Shown: positions 22,458-33,317 of the stretch, piece after piece
How the letters are laid out: every line of letters starts with the position of its first letter
Position numbering within the stretch: the stretch's first letter is position 1
Assembly: GCA_963843575.1 (NCBI GenBank)
Contig: CAWJKZ010000012.1
Coordinates: 160,001-224,000, forward strand
Length of the DNA: 64,000 bases
Direction: 5' to 3'
Origin: an uncultured Acidobacteriota bacterium
GTDB taxonomy: Bacteria > Acidobacteriota > UBA6911
Notes under the pieces: generated by a model
The model's database searches: none
Told to the model about the DNA's origin: nothing
Seen by the model: only the letters and a program-made list of their open reading frames with translations
Made by a program: the position numbers and the translations under genes

Positions 22458-25019
22458 TCATTCGGTCCGGAGCGCAACCATGGGATCGATCCTGCCCGCG
22501 CGCCGGGCGGGCACGTAGCCCGCCAGCAGTGCGACCAGCAGAAGGAGAAGGGTCGCGGTCGCCACGGCCCGCGGGTCTGCGGCCCCGAGGCCGAAGAGGC
22601 GGCTCGAAATCAGCCGGGCGGCGGCCAGGGCCGCAGGAACCCCGAGGGCGATCCCGAGCCCGACCAGGACGACGCTCTCGCGCAGGATCAGGCGCAGGAC
22701 GTCGCCGGACCCGGCGCCGAGCGCCATGCGCAGCCCCAGCTCGCTCGTGCGGCGGGCAACGCTGTAGGACATGACCCCGTAGAGCCCCGTGCAGGCCAGG
22801 ACGAGGGCGAGCACCCCGAAGAAGCCGGAGAGGCTGGCGATCAGCCTTTCTTCGATCAGCGACCGGTCGATGAGCCCTTCGAGCGTGTCCAGCCGGACGA
22901 GCGGCAGGGTCGGATCGACGGCGCCGAGTTCGCGCCGGATGGCACCGGCGGCCTGCTGCGGATCGCCCGTCGTCCTGACCTCGAAATTCACCGTGGTGAC
23001 AGCCTCGATCGGCTGGTGCATCGGGACGTAGAACCGCCGGATGGCGCCCCAGCGCAGGCTGTGGTCCTTGACGTTGGCCGCCACCCCCACGATTTCCAGC
23101 CCCGTCCGCTGCCCCGGGAGCCAGAAGATCTGCCGGCCGACCGGGTTCGTTCCCTGAAAGTAGAAGCGCGCGAACGCCTCGTTGACGATCACGGTCCGGG
23201 GCGCCCCAGCCGCGTCCTGCGCCGTGAAGTCGCGCCCGAGCAGGATCGGAATGCCGACGGTGGAGAAATAGCCGGGCCCCACCTGGTCGAAGCGCGCCAC
23301 CTCGGGCTTCCCTGCCGCCCCATACCCCTCCACGATGATCGGTCCCGCCGACTCCGGGCCGCTGAACAGGCCGTTTTCGGAAAACGTCACCGCGCGCACA
23401 CCAGGGAGCGCGGCAAAACGCTGCTGCAGCTGGTCGACGAGCCGGGAGATCTCGGCCCCCCGATATCCGCCCGTCACAGGGTCCACCCGGACAATCAGCA
23501 GGTTCTCCCGCACGTAACCGAGGTCGACCCCGCGCAGCTTCTGAAGGCTGCGCACGAAGAGCGCCGCCCCGACCAGCAGCATCAGGGAGAGCGCAACCTG
23601 CGCCACGACCAGCGCCTTGCGCAGGCGCAGCCGGCCGGGCGAACCGCCCGCGCCGCGCACCGTGTCTTTCAGCGACGCGATCACATCGACCCGCGCCGAC
23701 TGCAACGCCGGCGCCAGCCCGAACAGCATCCCGGTCAAAACCGTCACCACCCCTGTGAATGCCAGAACACGCAGGTCCGGGCGAAACCGGATCGCAATCG
23801 GGTGCGTGGTGAACGCGCCGACCAGCGCGACCAGCGTAGCGCTGCCCCAGGCCGCGAAGAGCAGGCCCACCCCCGCGCCCAGGACGGAGATCAGGAGACT
23901 CTCGGTCAGCAGCTGCCGCACCAGCCGCGAACGGCGCGCGCCGAGTGCAACCCGGAGCGCCATTTCCCTCCCCCTCGCCGTCGCGCGCGCAAGCTGCAGG
24001 CTCGCCACGTTGGCACAGGCGATCAGGAGCACCGCCGCCACCACCCCCATGAGGATAAACAGCGGCTCCGAGAACTCCCGCAGCGAACTGACCGAGTTCT
24101 TGCCGTACTCCTCCCGCGGCAGGCCCGTCCCGGCGGGCAGGATCTCCACGCGCAACTGGCCGATGGCCTTCCGATGCTCGTCCGTGATCCTCGACCCGAG
24201 TTCGTCGGCGATCAGCTGGTGCAGCAGCACCTCCATCCCCGCCTGCGCCCGGGTGTACGACACGTCCGGCTTAAGCCGCCCGAGCACGCGCACCCACCCC
24301 ACGTTCCGGCGACCCAGCCATTCCCTCCCCGGCATTAGCGACGCCTGCATCATCATCGGCACGTAAAAGTCGGGGGCGTCGCCGACCGTTTCGCCCGTGA
24401 ACGAGGGGAGGATCACGCCGACGACCTCAAAGGCGCTCCCCGCGGGCCCGAGCCGGCGCCCCTCCGGGCCCTCCTCCACAGACATCGCCGCACCCCACAC
24501 CAGACGCCCGGGGCCGAGGTGCAGCGTCTTGCCGACCACCGACGAGTCGCCTCCCAGGCGCTGCTTCCAGAAGGCATAACTCACCACCGCCACGGCCGAC
24601 CCGCCGGGGACCCTGTCGTCTTCGGGCGTGAGCACCCTCCCGATCAGCGCGCGCGCCCCCATCATGCGGAAATAGCTCCCCGACACGATGCGGCCCGACA
24701 GCCGCAACGCCTCCCCGCCGGACTCGCCCAGGAGCGGCACCTGGTCGACCGCGGCCACCGCCGCCACGTCCGCGAAAACCTCGTTGCGGTCGCGGAACTG
24801 CTCGTAGCGGGTGTAGGGGAACTGCCGGGCGGCGACCCTCACGAGCCGCTCCGGCTCCGGCACGGGCAGCGGCCGGAACAGTAGCGCGTCGATCAGGCTG
24901 AAGATCGCCGTGTTGGCGCCGATACCGAGCCCCAGCGAAAGAACGGCTATGCAGGTGAAGACCGGGCTCCTGAGAAGCCCGCGGAAAGCGTAGCGCAGGT
25001 CCTGAAGCAGTGTGTCCAT
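22458..25019 (-). CDS. ABC transporter permease, duplicated MacB/FtsX (ADOP type)
   Basis: [55 protein letters not shown]. Confidence 0.95.
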   Translation of the reverse strand: MDTLLQDLRYAFRGLLRSPVFTCIAVLSLGLGIGANTAIFSLIDALLFRPLPVPEPERLVRVAARQFPYTRYEQFRDRNEVFADVAAVAAVDQVPLLGESGGEALRLSGRIVSGSYFRMMGARALIGRVLTPEDDRVPGGSAVAVVSYAFWKQRLGGDSSVVGKTLHLGPGRLVWGAAMSVEEGPEGRRLGPAGSAFEVVGVILPSFTGETVGDAPDFYVPMMMQASLMPGREWLGRRNVGWVRVLGRLKPDVSYTRAQAGMEVLLHQLIADELGSRITDEHRKAIGQLRVEILPAGTGLPREEYGKNSVSSLREFSEPLFILMGVVAAVLLIACANVASLQLARATARGREMALRVALGARRSRLVRQLLTESLLISVLGAGVGLLFAAWGSATLVALVGAFTTHPIAIRFRPDLRVLAFTGVVTVLTGMLFGLAPALQSARVDVIASLKDTVRGAGGSPGRLRLRKALVVAQVALSLMLLVGAALFVRSLQKLRGVDLGYVRENLLIVRVDPVTGGYRGAEISRLVDQLQQRFAALPGVRAVTFSENGLFSGPESAGPIIVEGYGAAGKPEVARFDQVGPGYFSTVGIPILLGRDFTAQDAAGAPRTVIVNEAFARFYFQGTNPVGRQIFWLPGQRTGLEIVGVAANVKDHSLRWGAIRRFYVPMHQPIEAVTTVNFEVRTTGDPQQAAGAIRRELGAVDPTLPLVRLDTLEGLIDRSLIEERLIASLSGFFGVLALVLACTGLYGVMSYSVARRTSELGLRMALGAGSGDVLRLILRESVVLVGLGIALGVPAALAAARLISSRLFGLGAADPRAVATATLLLLLVALLAGYVPARRAGRIDPMVALRTE

Positions 25020-25291
25020 GACGCATCCCCGAGGGCCAGGATCCGGAACATCCGAGGCCCGCAAAGCTGTGGTGCCTCGCGCCGGCGCCGTCCCGCGGGC
25101 ATCCCTCGAGCCCTTCGGGCGAGCCCCTGCCCGGGAAAACATGCACACGATCCGCGCGCGATGGGCCCCTACTATACACCCGAACCGCACTAATCTTATC
25201 TTTTGTTCCCTTTTCTTCGCTTGCGTTTGAAGCCGCACCGGGCGTAGGATCGGGTGGTCGCGCCCCAAAAACCACACACAGGAGTCATACG

Positions 25292-26503
25292 ATGAACCGA
25301 AGGCAACTACTGATGCTTCCCGGAGTGGCGTTGCTGACGCGCCGGGGTTCGGCCCGCACCCGGCAGGCCGGCGCCGCTTCCTCACCCGACGTGGAAAAGG
25401 TCCTGCCGGACCAGCTCCTGCTCAAGGATTACCGGCCGAGGTCGGTCTACAAGATCCCGGTGAGCAACATCGTGAAGGCGAAATACCCCATCGTCGACGT
25501 GCACCATCACGCCCGCGTCAAGACGCCCCAGGACGTCGAGACGATGGTGAAGCTGATGGACAAGGTCGGGGTGGAAAAGACCGTCTGCTTCAGCGGAACG
25601 GGCGAGAACTTCGACGCCACCTTCAAGCTGTACTCGAAGTATCCCGGCCGCTTCGACGTCTGGTGCGGCTTCAACATGACCGGCGTCGACCAGCCGGGCT
25701 TCGGGCCCAACACCGTCAAGGAACTGGAGCGGTGCCACAAGGTGGGTGCCGTCGGGGTCGGCGAGGTCACGGACAAGGGTTGGGGCATCGGCGGCAGGCT
25801 GTCGGCGCCGCCGAACTGGCAGGGGACCCGCCCGGCGGGCGGCGGAGGCTCGGGGCCGCAGCAGGGCCCGCCCATCCAGGGGCTGCACCCGGACGATCCG
25901 AAGATGGATCCGATCTGGCAGAAGTGCGCCGAGCTGGGGATGCCGATCAACCTGCACATGTCCGACCCGTACTGGTCCTACCTGCCCCAGGACCGGCACA
26001 ACGACGGGCTGATGAACGGCTTCAGCTGGCGGCTGGACGACAAGCCCGGCCTCCTGGGCCACAACGAGCTGATCCAGTCGCTGGACAGGGCGCTCCAGAG
26101 ACACCCCAAAACCGTCTTCATCTGCTGCCACCTCGCGAACCTGGACTACGACCTGACCCGCCTCGGCCAGATGCTCGACCGGCACCCGAACATGTACGCC
26201 GACATCTCGGCCCGCTTTGCCGAGACGGCGCCCATCCCGCGGTTTGCCGGACAGTTCCTGAAGAAATACGCCAACCGCGTCGCCTACGGCACAGACATGC
26301 CGTACAACCAGGACGTGTTCACGACCACGTTCCGGATCATGGAGTCGCTCGACGAGCACTTCTATGCCCAGGACGTCTACTTCAACTTCAACTATCACTG
26401 GCCCCTGCATGGCATGGGCCTGCCCGACGACGTGCTCAAGAAGATCTATCACGACACAGCGACGAACGCTTTCAAGCAGGCGCGCGGGAACGCCACGGCT
26501 TAG
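25292..26503 (+). CDS. Amidohydrolase_2-family metal-dependent hydrolase with Tat-like signal
   Basis: MNRRQLL, DVHHH, GVGE, NLHMSDP, CCH, YGTD. Confidence 0.9.
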   Translation: MNRRQLLMLPGVALLTRRGSARTRQAGAASSPDVEKVLPDQLLLKDYRPRSVYKIPVSNIVKAKYPIVDVHHHARVKTPQDVETMVKLMDKVGVEKTVCFSGTGENFDATFKLYSKYPGRFDVWCGFNMTGVDQPGFGPNTVKELERCHKVGAVGVGEVTDKGWGIGGRLSAPPNWQGTRPAGGGGSGPQQGPPIQGLHPDDPKMDPIWQKCAELGMPINLHMSDPYWSYLPQDRHNDGLMNGFSWRLDDKPGLLGHNELIQSLDRALQRHPKTVFICCHLANLDYDLTRLGQMLDRHPNMYADISARFAETAPIPRFAGQFLKKYANRVAYGTDMPYNQDVFTTTFRIMESLDEHFYAQDVYFNFNYHWPLHGMGLPDDVLKKIYHDTATNAFKQARGNATA

Positions 26504-26600
26504 TACTGATGTGCATAAATACGCCAACGTATTTTCAGGACGCGGATGCGCGCGGATCCCCACGGATCCGTTGGATCTGCGGAATCTGCGTTCTGTTTTG
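26503..26600. mobile_element. Partial MITE-like element, family D
   Basis: GTACTGATGTGCATAAATACGCCAACGT followed by GCGGAT short repeats; matches the ends of 49302-49638 and 56297-56543. Confidence 0.6.
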
Positions 26601-26646
26601 ACTTTTGTCTTTCATCGCCCGTTATGAGACTGTGTACTTGGCAAGG

Positions 26647-26756
26647 CAAGTGTGTCCGAGCCTCGAGCCCGGACGTCCTTGACCTGCGCCATATAGGCAC
26701 GCGTGCGCTACATGGCAGCCTCAGACTGGGTCCGGGCTTCGGCCCGGACCCACTTG
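26647..26756. repeat. REPIN-like doublet, family A (degenerate)
   Basis: CAAGTGTGTCCGAGCCTCGAGCCCGGAC ... GTCCGGGCTTCGGCCCGGACCCACTTG. Confidence 0.8.
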
Positions 26757-26809
26757 TTTTGGGGTACCCTTTTGCGTCATATTGGAGGCCAACGATAAGG
26801 GGGATGTCC

Positions 26810-27598
26810 ATGAGAAGAGTGTCCTTATTGGCCGTGTTGTTGTTGGCGGTGCTGGTTCTCCCCGTCACCGGTTTTGCCCAGTACTCGCGGCGAGATGTCG
26901 CCGACATCTCGCGCGACGTGTCCAACCTGGCACAGAACACCTGGAACACCGTGCAAGGGGATCTGAACCGGCGGGACTCCGTGGGCGTGCGCGGAGCCGA
27001 TGGGATGCAGTTGTATCTCGCATTGAGCGGCTTTGCCAGCAGTGCCAAGGTCTACGCGGACCTGGTGGCACGGCCCCGGAACGAGACCGTCCTGAACAGC
27101 GGGGCGCGCTACCTGGTGGACCAAGCCCGCGCCATCGACCAATTGATGGGCCAGAGCAGCGCCGTCGACCAGCTGCGCACCGACTGGAACAGCGTCCAGG
27201 ACGCCGTGGCGCGCCTCTCCGACCTGTACAGCCTGAACTATTCCACCCCCAGGACCGCCAGGTTCAGCCAGAACCGCGGCCGGTACGGCAGCGGCACCGC
27301 CTACAGTTCGGGAACCTTCCGGTGGCGTGGCCGGGTCGACGGGGCGGATTACATCAACGTCCAGGGGAACCGGGTCAGTATCGACCACCTGGAGGCGAAC
27401 GCGATCCAGAATGCGTCGTTCACCATGCCGCGGGCCCTGCCCCGGTCCGCCGTCCAGGTCCGGCTCAACAAGATTCGCGGCCGCGGCTCGGTGGAGCTCG
27501 TCGAGCAACCGTCGGTCTCCAATAGCTTCACCGCCGTCGTCCTGATCGACGACCCGGTTGGAGGCGCGGACGACTACGAGTTCGAGCTGGTCTGGTAA
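26810..27598 (+). CDS. Secreted hypothetical protein (helical N-domain, beta-rich C-domain)
   Basis: Signal peptide; C-domain FRWRGRVDG..GRGSVELVEQP..DDPVGGADDYEFELVW. Confidence 0.75.
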   Translation: MRRVSLLAVLLLAVLVLPVTGFAQYSRRDVADISRDVSNLAQNTWNTVQGDLNRRDSVGVRGADGMQLYLALSGFASSAKVYADLVARPRNETVLNSGARYLVDQARAIDQLMGQSSAVDQLRTDWNSVQDAVARLSDLYSLNYSTPRTARFSQNRGRYGSGTAYSSGTFRWRGRVDGADYINVQGNRVSIDHLEANAIQNASFTMPRALPRSAVQVRLNKIRGRGSVELVEQPSVSNSFTAVVLIDDPVGGADDYEFELVW

Positions 27599-27819
27599 CA
27601 GAGGCTCCGAACAAAGGCTCCCGGTCCCTCAGCGCCGGGAGCGGCCGTGCCGTGTGCGGACGCCCCAGAGAGGTCGAGCGGCTCAGGGAGCAACACGGAG
27701 GGCTGGTCACTCACCCGCAATTTTGGCAGACGCGGGGAATTGCACGCCGCAGGAGGCGTTTGCAGTTCCCCGCGGACCCCGGTAACATTCCTGCAGCATT
27801 CCCGACGGGAGGTTTCGTC

Positions 27820-28530
27820 ATGCGTATGGTGCGTTCCGGCATTTCTACGTTGCTGCTGATCCTGGCTCCGTGCTTGACCGCGCAGTCGAACACTTCCCCT
27901 GCCGGGCACTGGGAGGGAGGCATCAAGGTGCCGTCGGGCGATCTGAAGGTCGTCGTGGACCTCGACCGTGACGCGAAGGGCAACTGGATCGGGGACATCG
28001 ACATTCCGGACCAGGGTGTGAAGGACCTTCCCCTGCGCGACCTCTCGGTGGCAGGCGACACAGTCACCTTCGCCCTTCCGGCCGGACCGGGAGACCCGAC
28101 ATTCAACGGGAAGGTGTCGGCGGAGGGGAGCGTGCTCTCGGGAGATTTCTCCCAGAACGGCGGCTCCGTCCCGTTTACGCTGAACAGGACCGGCGAGCCC
28201 AAGGTCGTCGTGTCCCCCGCCAGCCCGTCGCTGCCGGAGAAATTCACGGGGGTCTGGGAAGGCAAGCTCGAGGCCCCCGGCGGATCGCTGCGGATTGTCT
28301 TCCATTTCGAGAACAAGGACGGCGCCGCGGTCGGGAGCATCGACAGCCCCGACCAGGGTGCGTCGGGCATCCCTATCAGCCGCATCTCGGTGGAAGGCAG
28401 TGCCATCCAGGTGGGCGTCCAGATCATCTCCGGTGAATACAAGGGCAGGCTGAGCGACGACGGCAAGACGATTTCCGGTGAATGGTCTCAGGGTGGCGCC
28501 ACCCTCGCGCTCGCACTGGCCAGGAAGTGA
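27820..28530 (+). CDS. Secreted protein with two tandem ~100-aa beta domains
   Basis: GHWEG..IDIPDQG..GDFSQNG is repeated as GVWEG..IDSPDQG..GEWSQGG; GGGAGG RBS. Confidence 0.8.
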   Translation: MRMVRSGISTLLLILAPCLTAQSNTSPAGHWEGGIKVPSGDLKVVVDLDRDAKGNWIGDIDIPDQGVKDLPLRDLSVAGDTVTFALPAGPGDPTFNGKVSAEGSVLSGDFSQNGGSVPFTLNRTGEPKVVVSPASPSLPEKFTGVWEGKLEAPGGSLRIVFHFENKDGAAVGSIDSPDQGASGIPISRISVEGSAIQVGVQIISGEYKGRLSDDGKTISGEWSQGGATLALALARK

Positions 28531-28562
28531 GCCGGCCCCTCCGGGGCCGCCGCCGGGCAGGT

Positions 28563-28592
28563 TTGCAGTAAATTTCCTATCGGCGGTAGAAT
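28563..28592 (+). promoter_or_regulatory. Putative sigma70 promoter giving a leaderless transcript
   Basis: TTGCAG-N18-TAGAAT, with the GTG start 6 nt downstream and no RBS. Confidence 0.45.
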
Positions 28593-28598
28593 GTCCGC

Positions 28599-29273
28599 GT
28601 GCGCATCCTGGTGGTCGAAGACGACAAGAAGGTGGCCGGTTTCATCCAGCAGGGATTGAGCCAGGAGAGCCACGCCGTCGACGTGGTGAACGACGGCGAA
28701 ACGGCGGCCTACCAGGCCGAGAGTTTCCCCTACGACCTGGTCATCCTGGACTTGATGCTGCCGCGCCTCCCCGGCCTGCAGGTCCTGCAGCGCATCCGGG
28801 CGAAGCACCCGGGGCTGCCGGTGCTCATCCTGACCGCGAAGAGCGACCTGCAGGACAAGGTCGCCGGCCTGGACAGCGGCGCCGACGATTACCTCATCAA
28901 ACCCTTCGCCTACGCCGAACTCTCCGCCCGTGTCCGCGCGCTGCTCCGGCGGTTCACCAAAGAGGACGTCTGCCTGCGGGTCGCCGACCTCGAGATGGAC
29001 ACCACGACCCGGGTGGTCCGACGGGGCGGCCGGCGCATCGAGCTGAAGCCCAAGGAATACGCTCTGCTCGAGTTTCTCCTCAGGAACGCTCACGCGCCCG
29101 TAACCCGCAACATGATCATCGAGCACGTGTGGGACATCCACTTCGACGCGATCAGCAACGTCGTCGACGTGCACATCAACTGGCTGCGCAACAAGGTCGA
29201 TAGGGGATTCTCACCCCCGCTCATCCACACGCTGCGGGGCGTGGGCTATATCCTGACGGACTCGCGCTCGTGA
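28599..29273 (+). CDS. OmpR-family response regulator (CusR/CzcR-like)
   Basis: MRILVVEDD, ILDLMLP, GADDYLIKPF, NVVDVHI..LRNKVD, IHTLRGVGY. Confidence 0.97.
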   Translation: MRILVVEDDKKVAGFIQQGLSQESHAVDVVNDGETAAYQAESFPYDLVILDLMLPRLPGLQVLQRIRAKHPGLPVLILTAKSDLQDKVAGLDSGADDYLIKPFAYAELSARVRALLRRFTKEDVCLRVADLEMDTTTRVVRRGGRRIELKPKEYALLEFLLRNAHAPVTRNMIIEHVWDIHFDAISNVVDVHINWLRNKVDRGFSPPLIHTLRGVGYILTDSRS

Positions 29274-30718
29274 AACCACTCAAGCTCCGCACCAGGCTCA
29301 CCCTCTTTTACGTCGCGGTCTTCGCGCTGCTGCTCGCCTCGGCCAGCGCGTTCTTCTACCGGTTCCTGGTCTACCAGACGGACAACGACCTGCGCGCGGA
29401 GCTGATCGAACGCTCGGCCGCCCTGCGCGGATACCTGCGCATCGAAGGGGAGCGGGCGACCCTCGTCTATGACACCCGGGACCCGGAGGAGGCCTTTTTC
29501 ATCGGCAACGCCACCCGCTATTACCAAGTCTATGACGCCGAGACCGGGGAGATGGCGGCCCGCTCGCCGCAACTGGAAGCGCTCGGTTTCCAGTACACAC
29601 CCGAGGAGGTCAGGGAGGTCGCCCACGGCCCGGAATTCACCGGTCTGGACACCGAGCAGGTCGATCTCCTGCTCCACAACGACATCGTGCGCTCCCCGGA
29701 AGGTCGCCCCTATCTCCTGCAGGTCGGCGCCCCTCTCGGTCCCCGGGACGCGGTCCTGAACAGGCTCCTGACCTCCATCTTCTGGGCGCTCCCGTCCGGA
29801 ATCGCGCTCGCGCTCATGTCCGGGTGGTGGGTGTCGGGCAGGGTGCTGCGCCCCCTGGCCTCGCTCTCCACCGCCGCCCGCGATATGAGCATCGCGCAAC
29901 TGCACCTGCGGCTGCCCCTGACGGGCGCCGGCGACGAACTCGACCGGCTCGCGGCGGCCTTCAACGAGATGTTCGGCCGCCTGGAACTCGCCGTGCAGCA
30001 GATGAAAGACTTCACCGCCAGCATCTCGCACGAGCTCCGGACCCCGCTGACCGTGCTGAGGGGCGAGGCGGAAATCGCGCTGGCCAGCGCCCGCGGCGAA
30101 CGCGACTACCGGCGGACGCTCGAAAGCCAGCTCGAGGAATTCACCAAGCTCTCACAGCTCATCGACCAGATGCTCACCCTGGCCCGCGCCGAGGCCGGCC
30201 AGATCGACCTGCGGCGCGAAAACGTCAACCTCTCGGCGCTTGCGCGCGCGCTGGTCGACATCATGGAGCCGCTGGCCGCCAGCAAATCCGTCGCCCTCGC
30301 GGCAGCGCCGGGACCCGACGTGGTCATCCCCGGCGACCCCGCGTGGCTCGAGCGCGCAATCCTGAACCTGCTCGACAACGCCGTCAAGTACACGGGCGCC
30401 GACGGCCGCATCGAGGTGACGGTCAGCCGCGCACCGACCGAGGCCCTGCTCGAGGTCCGCGACACCGGCACCGGCATCTCGGCCGAAGCCCTCCCCCACA
30501 TCTTCGAACGCTTTTACCGCGCCGACCCGTCACGATCCAAGGAAACAGACGGCGCCGGCCTCGGCCTCAGCCTCGTCGAGTGGATCGTCAAACAACACCG
30601 CGGACACATCACCGTCGAGAGCAGGCCCGGACTGGGCACCACCGTGCGGGTCGCCCTCCCCCTGGCCGACGCCGGGCTCGCCGGCAGAATCATTAAATGC
30701 AATATAATCGGGCGTTAA
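29270..30718 (+). CDS. HAMP-domain sensor histidine kinase (CusS-like)
   Basis: Two TM segments, HAMP, SHELRTPL, NLLDNAVKY, DTGTGI, GAGLGL; GTGA overlap with the regulator. Confidence 0.97.
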   Translation: MKPLKLRTRLTLFYVAVFALLLASASAFFYRFLVYQTDNDLRAELIERSAALRGYLRIEGERATLVYDTRDPEEAFFIGNATRYYQVYDAETGEMAARSPQLEALGFQYTPEEVREVAHGPEFTGLDTEQVDLLLHNDIVRSPEGRPYLLQVGAPLGPRDAVLNRLLTSIFWALPSGIALALMSGWWVSGRVLRPLASLSTAARDMSIAQLHLRLPLTGAGDELDRLAAAFNEMFGRLELAVQQMKDFTASISHELRTPLTVLRGEAEIALASARGERDYRRTLESQLEEFTKLSQLIDQMLTLARAEAGQIDLRRENVNLSALARALVDIMEPLAASKSVALAAAPGPDVVIPGDPAWLERAILNLLDNAVKYTGADGRIEVTVSRAPTEALLEVRDTGTGISAEALPHIFERFYRADPSRSKETDGAGLGLSLVEWIVKQHRGHITVESRPGLGTTVRVALPLADAGLAGRIIKCNIIGR

Positions 30719-30731
30719 TCCTCGCTTAATC
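30693..30731 (+). promoter_or_regulatory. Four direct repeats at 11-bp period (putative OmpR-family box)
   Basis: TTAAAT at 30693, ATAATC at 30704, TTAATC at 30715, TTAATC at 30726. Confidence 0.6.
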
Positions 30732-30808
30732 CTCCACCTGATAGCCTTTCGTCATCTGAATGCAGCCGCGCGGTGTGGCTGGATTCTCAAAAATAGGAGA
30801 GACGAACC

Positions 30809-31174
30809 ATGAGGAAAATGACGGCGTTGATGACGGGGCTGGTGCTTCTTCTCGCGATGGCGGCACTCGCCCAAGCGTCGGCAAAGGCTACCGCGGCAAA
30901 AGAACACAAGGCGAAGGCCGAAGTCACGCGCCAAGCCAGCGGGACCATCACCTCCACAGACGCCAACACCCTGGTGCTTAGCCACAAGGTCAACGGCAAG
31001 GAACAACAGACCACCTTCACCCTGAACGACCAGACCCACAAACAGGGCGAACTCCGCTCCGGCGAGAAGGCAACCGTGCACTACAAGGTCGAAGGCGACC
31101 AGAACATAGCGACCATGGTCAAGGCCAAGGGCGGCACCATGACCGCTGCCACCTCCAAACCCCACAAGAAGTAA
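30809..31174 (+). CDS. Small secreted protein, probable OB-fold
   Basis: AGGAG RBS, signal peptide, GTITSTD..TLVL..TFTL..LRSGEKATVHY. Confidence 0.8.
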   Translation: MRKMTALMTGLVLLLAMAALAQASAKATAAKEHKAKAEVTRQASGTITSTDANTLVLSHKVNGKEQQTTFTLNDQTHKQGELRSGEKATVHYKVEGDQNIATMVKAKGGTMTAATSKPHKK

Positions 31175-31265
31175 AAACTCTTCGGGCCTTTCGAGCCTTC
31201 GGGGTGAATCCGCGAATCCGCCTCGAAGGCTCGAGTGCACCCTGCATCCACGGGCCTCGTCCGCC

Positions 31266-31994
31266 TCACTCTTCAGGACTTCGGGTTTCCGCCCGCGGGA
31301 ACAACAGCGCCACCCCGATTACCGCCAGCGGCAACGGGATCAGCAGCGCGACAAACAGGCGCTGGACCAGCAAGCGCTCCGTGGCGAAGACCTGGTACAG
31401 GTGGAAGAAATAGGTGAGCCCGCATGCCACCGCCAGCACCAGCACCCCGGCCACCCTCGGCCAACGCCGGCTCAGAAAAGCCCCCAGCAGGAACGGAACC
31501 GCCACGGCCGCCCCCTCCACCAGCAGGGCCGCGGGCTCGCCCGCGTGGCTCAGGACCACAAAGGCCGTCCAGAACAGCCCAAAGGCCAGCAGGACGAACG
31601 ACGCCGCCTGCCTCGCGTCCCAGAAGCTCAGGGCATAGGTGAGGACCGAAACGACCAGCATGAGACACAATACGAGCGACGCCGGCACGAAGTCGTCGCC
31701 CAGGTCCAGACCCTTCCCCCATCTCCGGACCAGCACCGCCGCGACCAGAAAAAAACCGCCCGCCAGATAGGCGCGATAGCCCGCCCGGACGCTCGAGGCC
31801 CGCTGCAAGTCGTCCAGGTCGTGCAGCACGCCGACCTCCCTCAACAGCCCCGGCCCGAACGCCCCCAGCGCAAACAGGAAGAAAAAGCCGACGTGAACCG
31901 CGCTCCCCAGCAGTATGCCCGCGAAAACGAGGACACAGGCCGCAAACCCCACCTTCGAAATCGAAAAACGACGGAAAAAGGACCGAACCCTCAT
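31266..31994 (-). CDS. Integral membrane protein co-transcribed with the XRE regulator
   Basis: About 8 hydrophobic segments; ATGA overlap with the upstream HTH gene. Confidence 0.75.
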   Translation of the reverse strand: MRVRSFFRRFSISKVGFAACVLVFAGILLGSAVHVGFFFLFALGAFGPGLLREVGVLHDLDDLQRASSVRAGYRAYLAGGFFLVAAVLVRRWGKGLDLGDDFVPASLVLCLMLVVSVLTYALSFWDARQAASFVLLAFGLFWTAFVVLSHAGEPAALLVEGAAVAVPFLLGAFLSRRWPRVAGVLVLAVACGLTYFFHLYQVFATERLLVQRLFVALLIPLPLAVIGVALLFPRAETRSPEE

Positions 31995-32222
31995 GCCCCC
32001 TCCTTGCCGTCCCGAAGCTCGAACAGATCCTCCACCCTCGCGCCGAAAACGCGCGCCAGCCGCAGCGCCAGCGCAACCGAGGGCTCGTAGCCGCCCCGCT
32101 CGATCGCAATGATCGTCTGCCTCGAGACACTCACCCGGTCGGCCAGCTCCTGCTGGCTCATCTCCCCCGCCTCAAACCGGAACCGCCTCACGATTGACCT
32201 TCAACATCTCCGCCCTGGCCAT
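31991..32222 (-). CDS. XRE/Cro-CI HTH transcriptional regulator (probable frameshift at about 32195)
   Basis: MSQQELADRVSVSRQTIIAIERGGYEPSVALALRLARVF..VEDLF. The ATG at 32222 is out of frame with the body. Confidence 0.9.
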
Positions 32223-32229
32223 GCTCGTC

Positions 32230-32269
32230 ATGTTAACTATTATTTACATAATGTCAAGTTACTTTTACA
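32230..32269 (-). promoter_or_regulatory. Sigma70 promoter overlapped by two 18-bp imperfect palindromic operators
   Basis: Minus strand TTGACA(32257-52)-N16-TAACAT(32235-30). TGTTAACTATTATTTACA at 32231-48 and TGTCAAGTTACTTTTACA at 32252-69. Confidence 0.7.
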
Positions 32270-32370
32270 GTACGAAAAACGGCTTTTTTGCTTGCGGAGC
32301 GCGGGGGTTGGCATTAAGTTCGCGCTGCCGGAATTCGAACTCATCAACCAACGACATGTGGGGTGACACC

Positions 32371-33165
32371 ATGAAGCGACGGGAGTTTCTCAAGGCATCG
32401 ACTCTGGCCGGCACGGCGGCGCTGTCCAGCACGCTGGGGCGCGCAGGCCTGGCGCAGGGCGGTCAGCGGGAGTTCTACGAACTGCGGACGTACGAGATGC
32501 AGACGGGCAACAGGAAGGCCGTGCTGAACGACTATCTGTCGAAGGCGGCGATACCGGCGTGGAACCGGCTCGGCGTCAAGCCGGTCGGCGTCTTCAACGT
32601 CGTGTCGGGGAGCAACGCGCTGATGCTCTATGTCCTCATCCCTTTCCCCAACCTCGAGACGCTGATCACGGCGCCCGCGCGGATGGCGGCGGATGCCGAG
32701 TACCGGGCGGCGGCGGCGGACTATCTGGGGACGTCGATCGACAACCCGGCCTACACGCGTCAGGAGAGCTCGCTGCTCTGGGCGTTCAACAACGTGCCGC
32801 GGTTGCGGGTCCCGGCGGAGACGGCCGGCAACAAGCCGCGCCTCTTCGAGCTGCGCATGTACGAGAGCCACAGCGAGGCGGCGGCGCTGAAGAAGATCGA
32901 GATGTTCAACGAGGGAGGGGAAATCGCGTTGTTCGACAGCATCGGGTTGCGGTCGGTGTTTTTCGGCCAGACCCTGATCGGCCGGCGTCAGCCCAACCTG
33001 ATGTACATGACCGTCCACCAGGACATGGCGGCGCGCGAGAAGGTCTGGGAGGACTTCCGCAACGCCCCGGGGTGGAAGAAGCTCAGCACGGATCCTGCGT
33101 TCGCGAACACCGTGTCGGCCACGACGGTCGTCTTCCTGCGTCCCGCGCCCTATTCGCAGGTTTGA
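32371..33165 (+). CDS. NIPSNAP-family protein with Tat signal (two domains)
   Basis: MKRREFLK, FYELRTY, LFELRMYESHSE, FLRPAPYSQV. Confidence 0.9.
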   Translation: MKRREFLKASTLAGTAALSSTLGRAGLAQGGQREFYELRTYEMQTGNRKAVLNDYLSKAAIPAWNRLGVKPVGVFNVVSGSNALMLYVLIPFPNLETLITAPARMAADAEYRAAAADYLGTSIDNPAYTRQESSLLWAFNNVPRLRVPAETAGNKPRLFELRMYESHSEAAALKKIEMFNEGGEIALFDSIGLRSVFFGQTLIGRRQPNLMYMTVHQDMAAREKVWEDFRNAPGWKKLSTDPAFANTVSATTVVFLRPAPYSQV

Positions 33166-33170
33166 AGGGT

Positions 33171-33280
33171 CAAGTGGGTCCGGGCTTCAGCCCGGACGCT
33201 GTCTGCGGTCGCTATACGGTACGCCCGGCGCTATATAGCCCAGGTCAAAAGACGTCCGGGCTGAAGCCCGGACCCACTTG
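33171..33280. repeat. REPIN-like doublet, family A
   Basis: Perfect 27-bp terminal inverted REPs. Confidence 0.92.
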
Positions 33281-33317
33281 TCGATTGACGCACTCACCGG
33301 CCCACGGAGGTAACCTG

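Noticed and set aside
22221-24338. 705-aa plus-strand ORF and many similar Arg/Pro/Gly-rich ORFs
   Set aside because: Antisense or off-frame shadows expected in high-GC coding DNA, with no recognisable motifs.
27731-27774. GTTCCCCGCG resembling a type I-E CRISPR repeat
   Set aside because: Single copy within one hairpin; no array.
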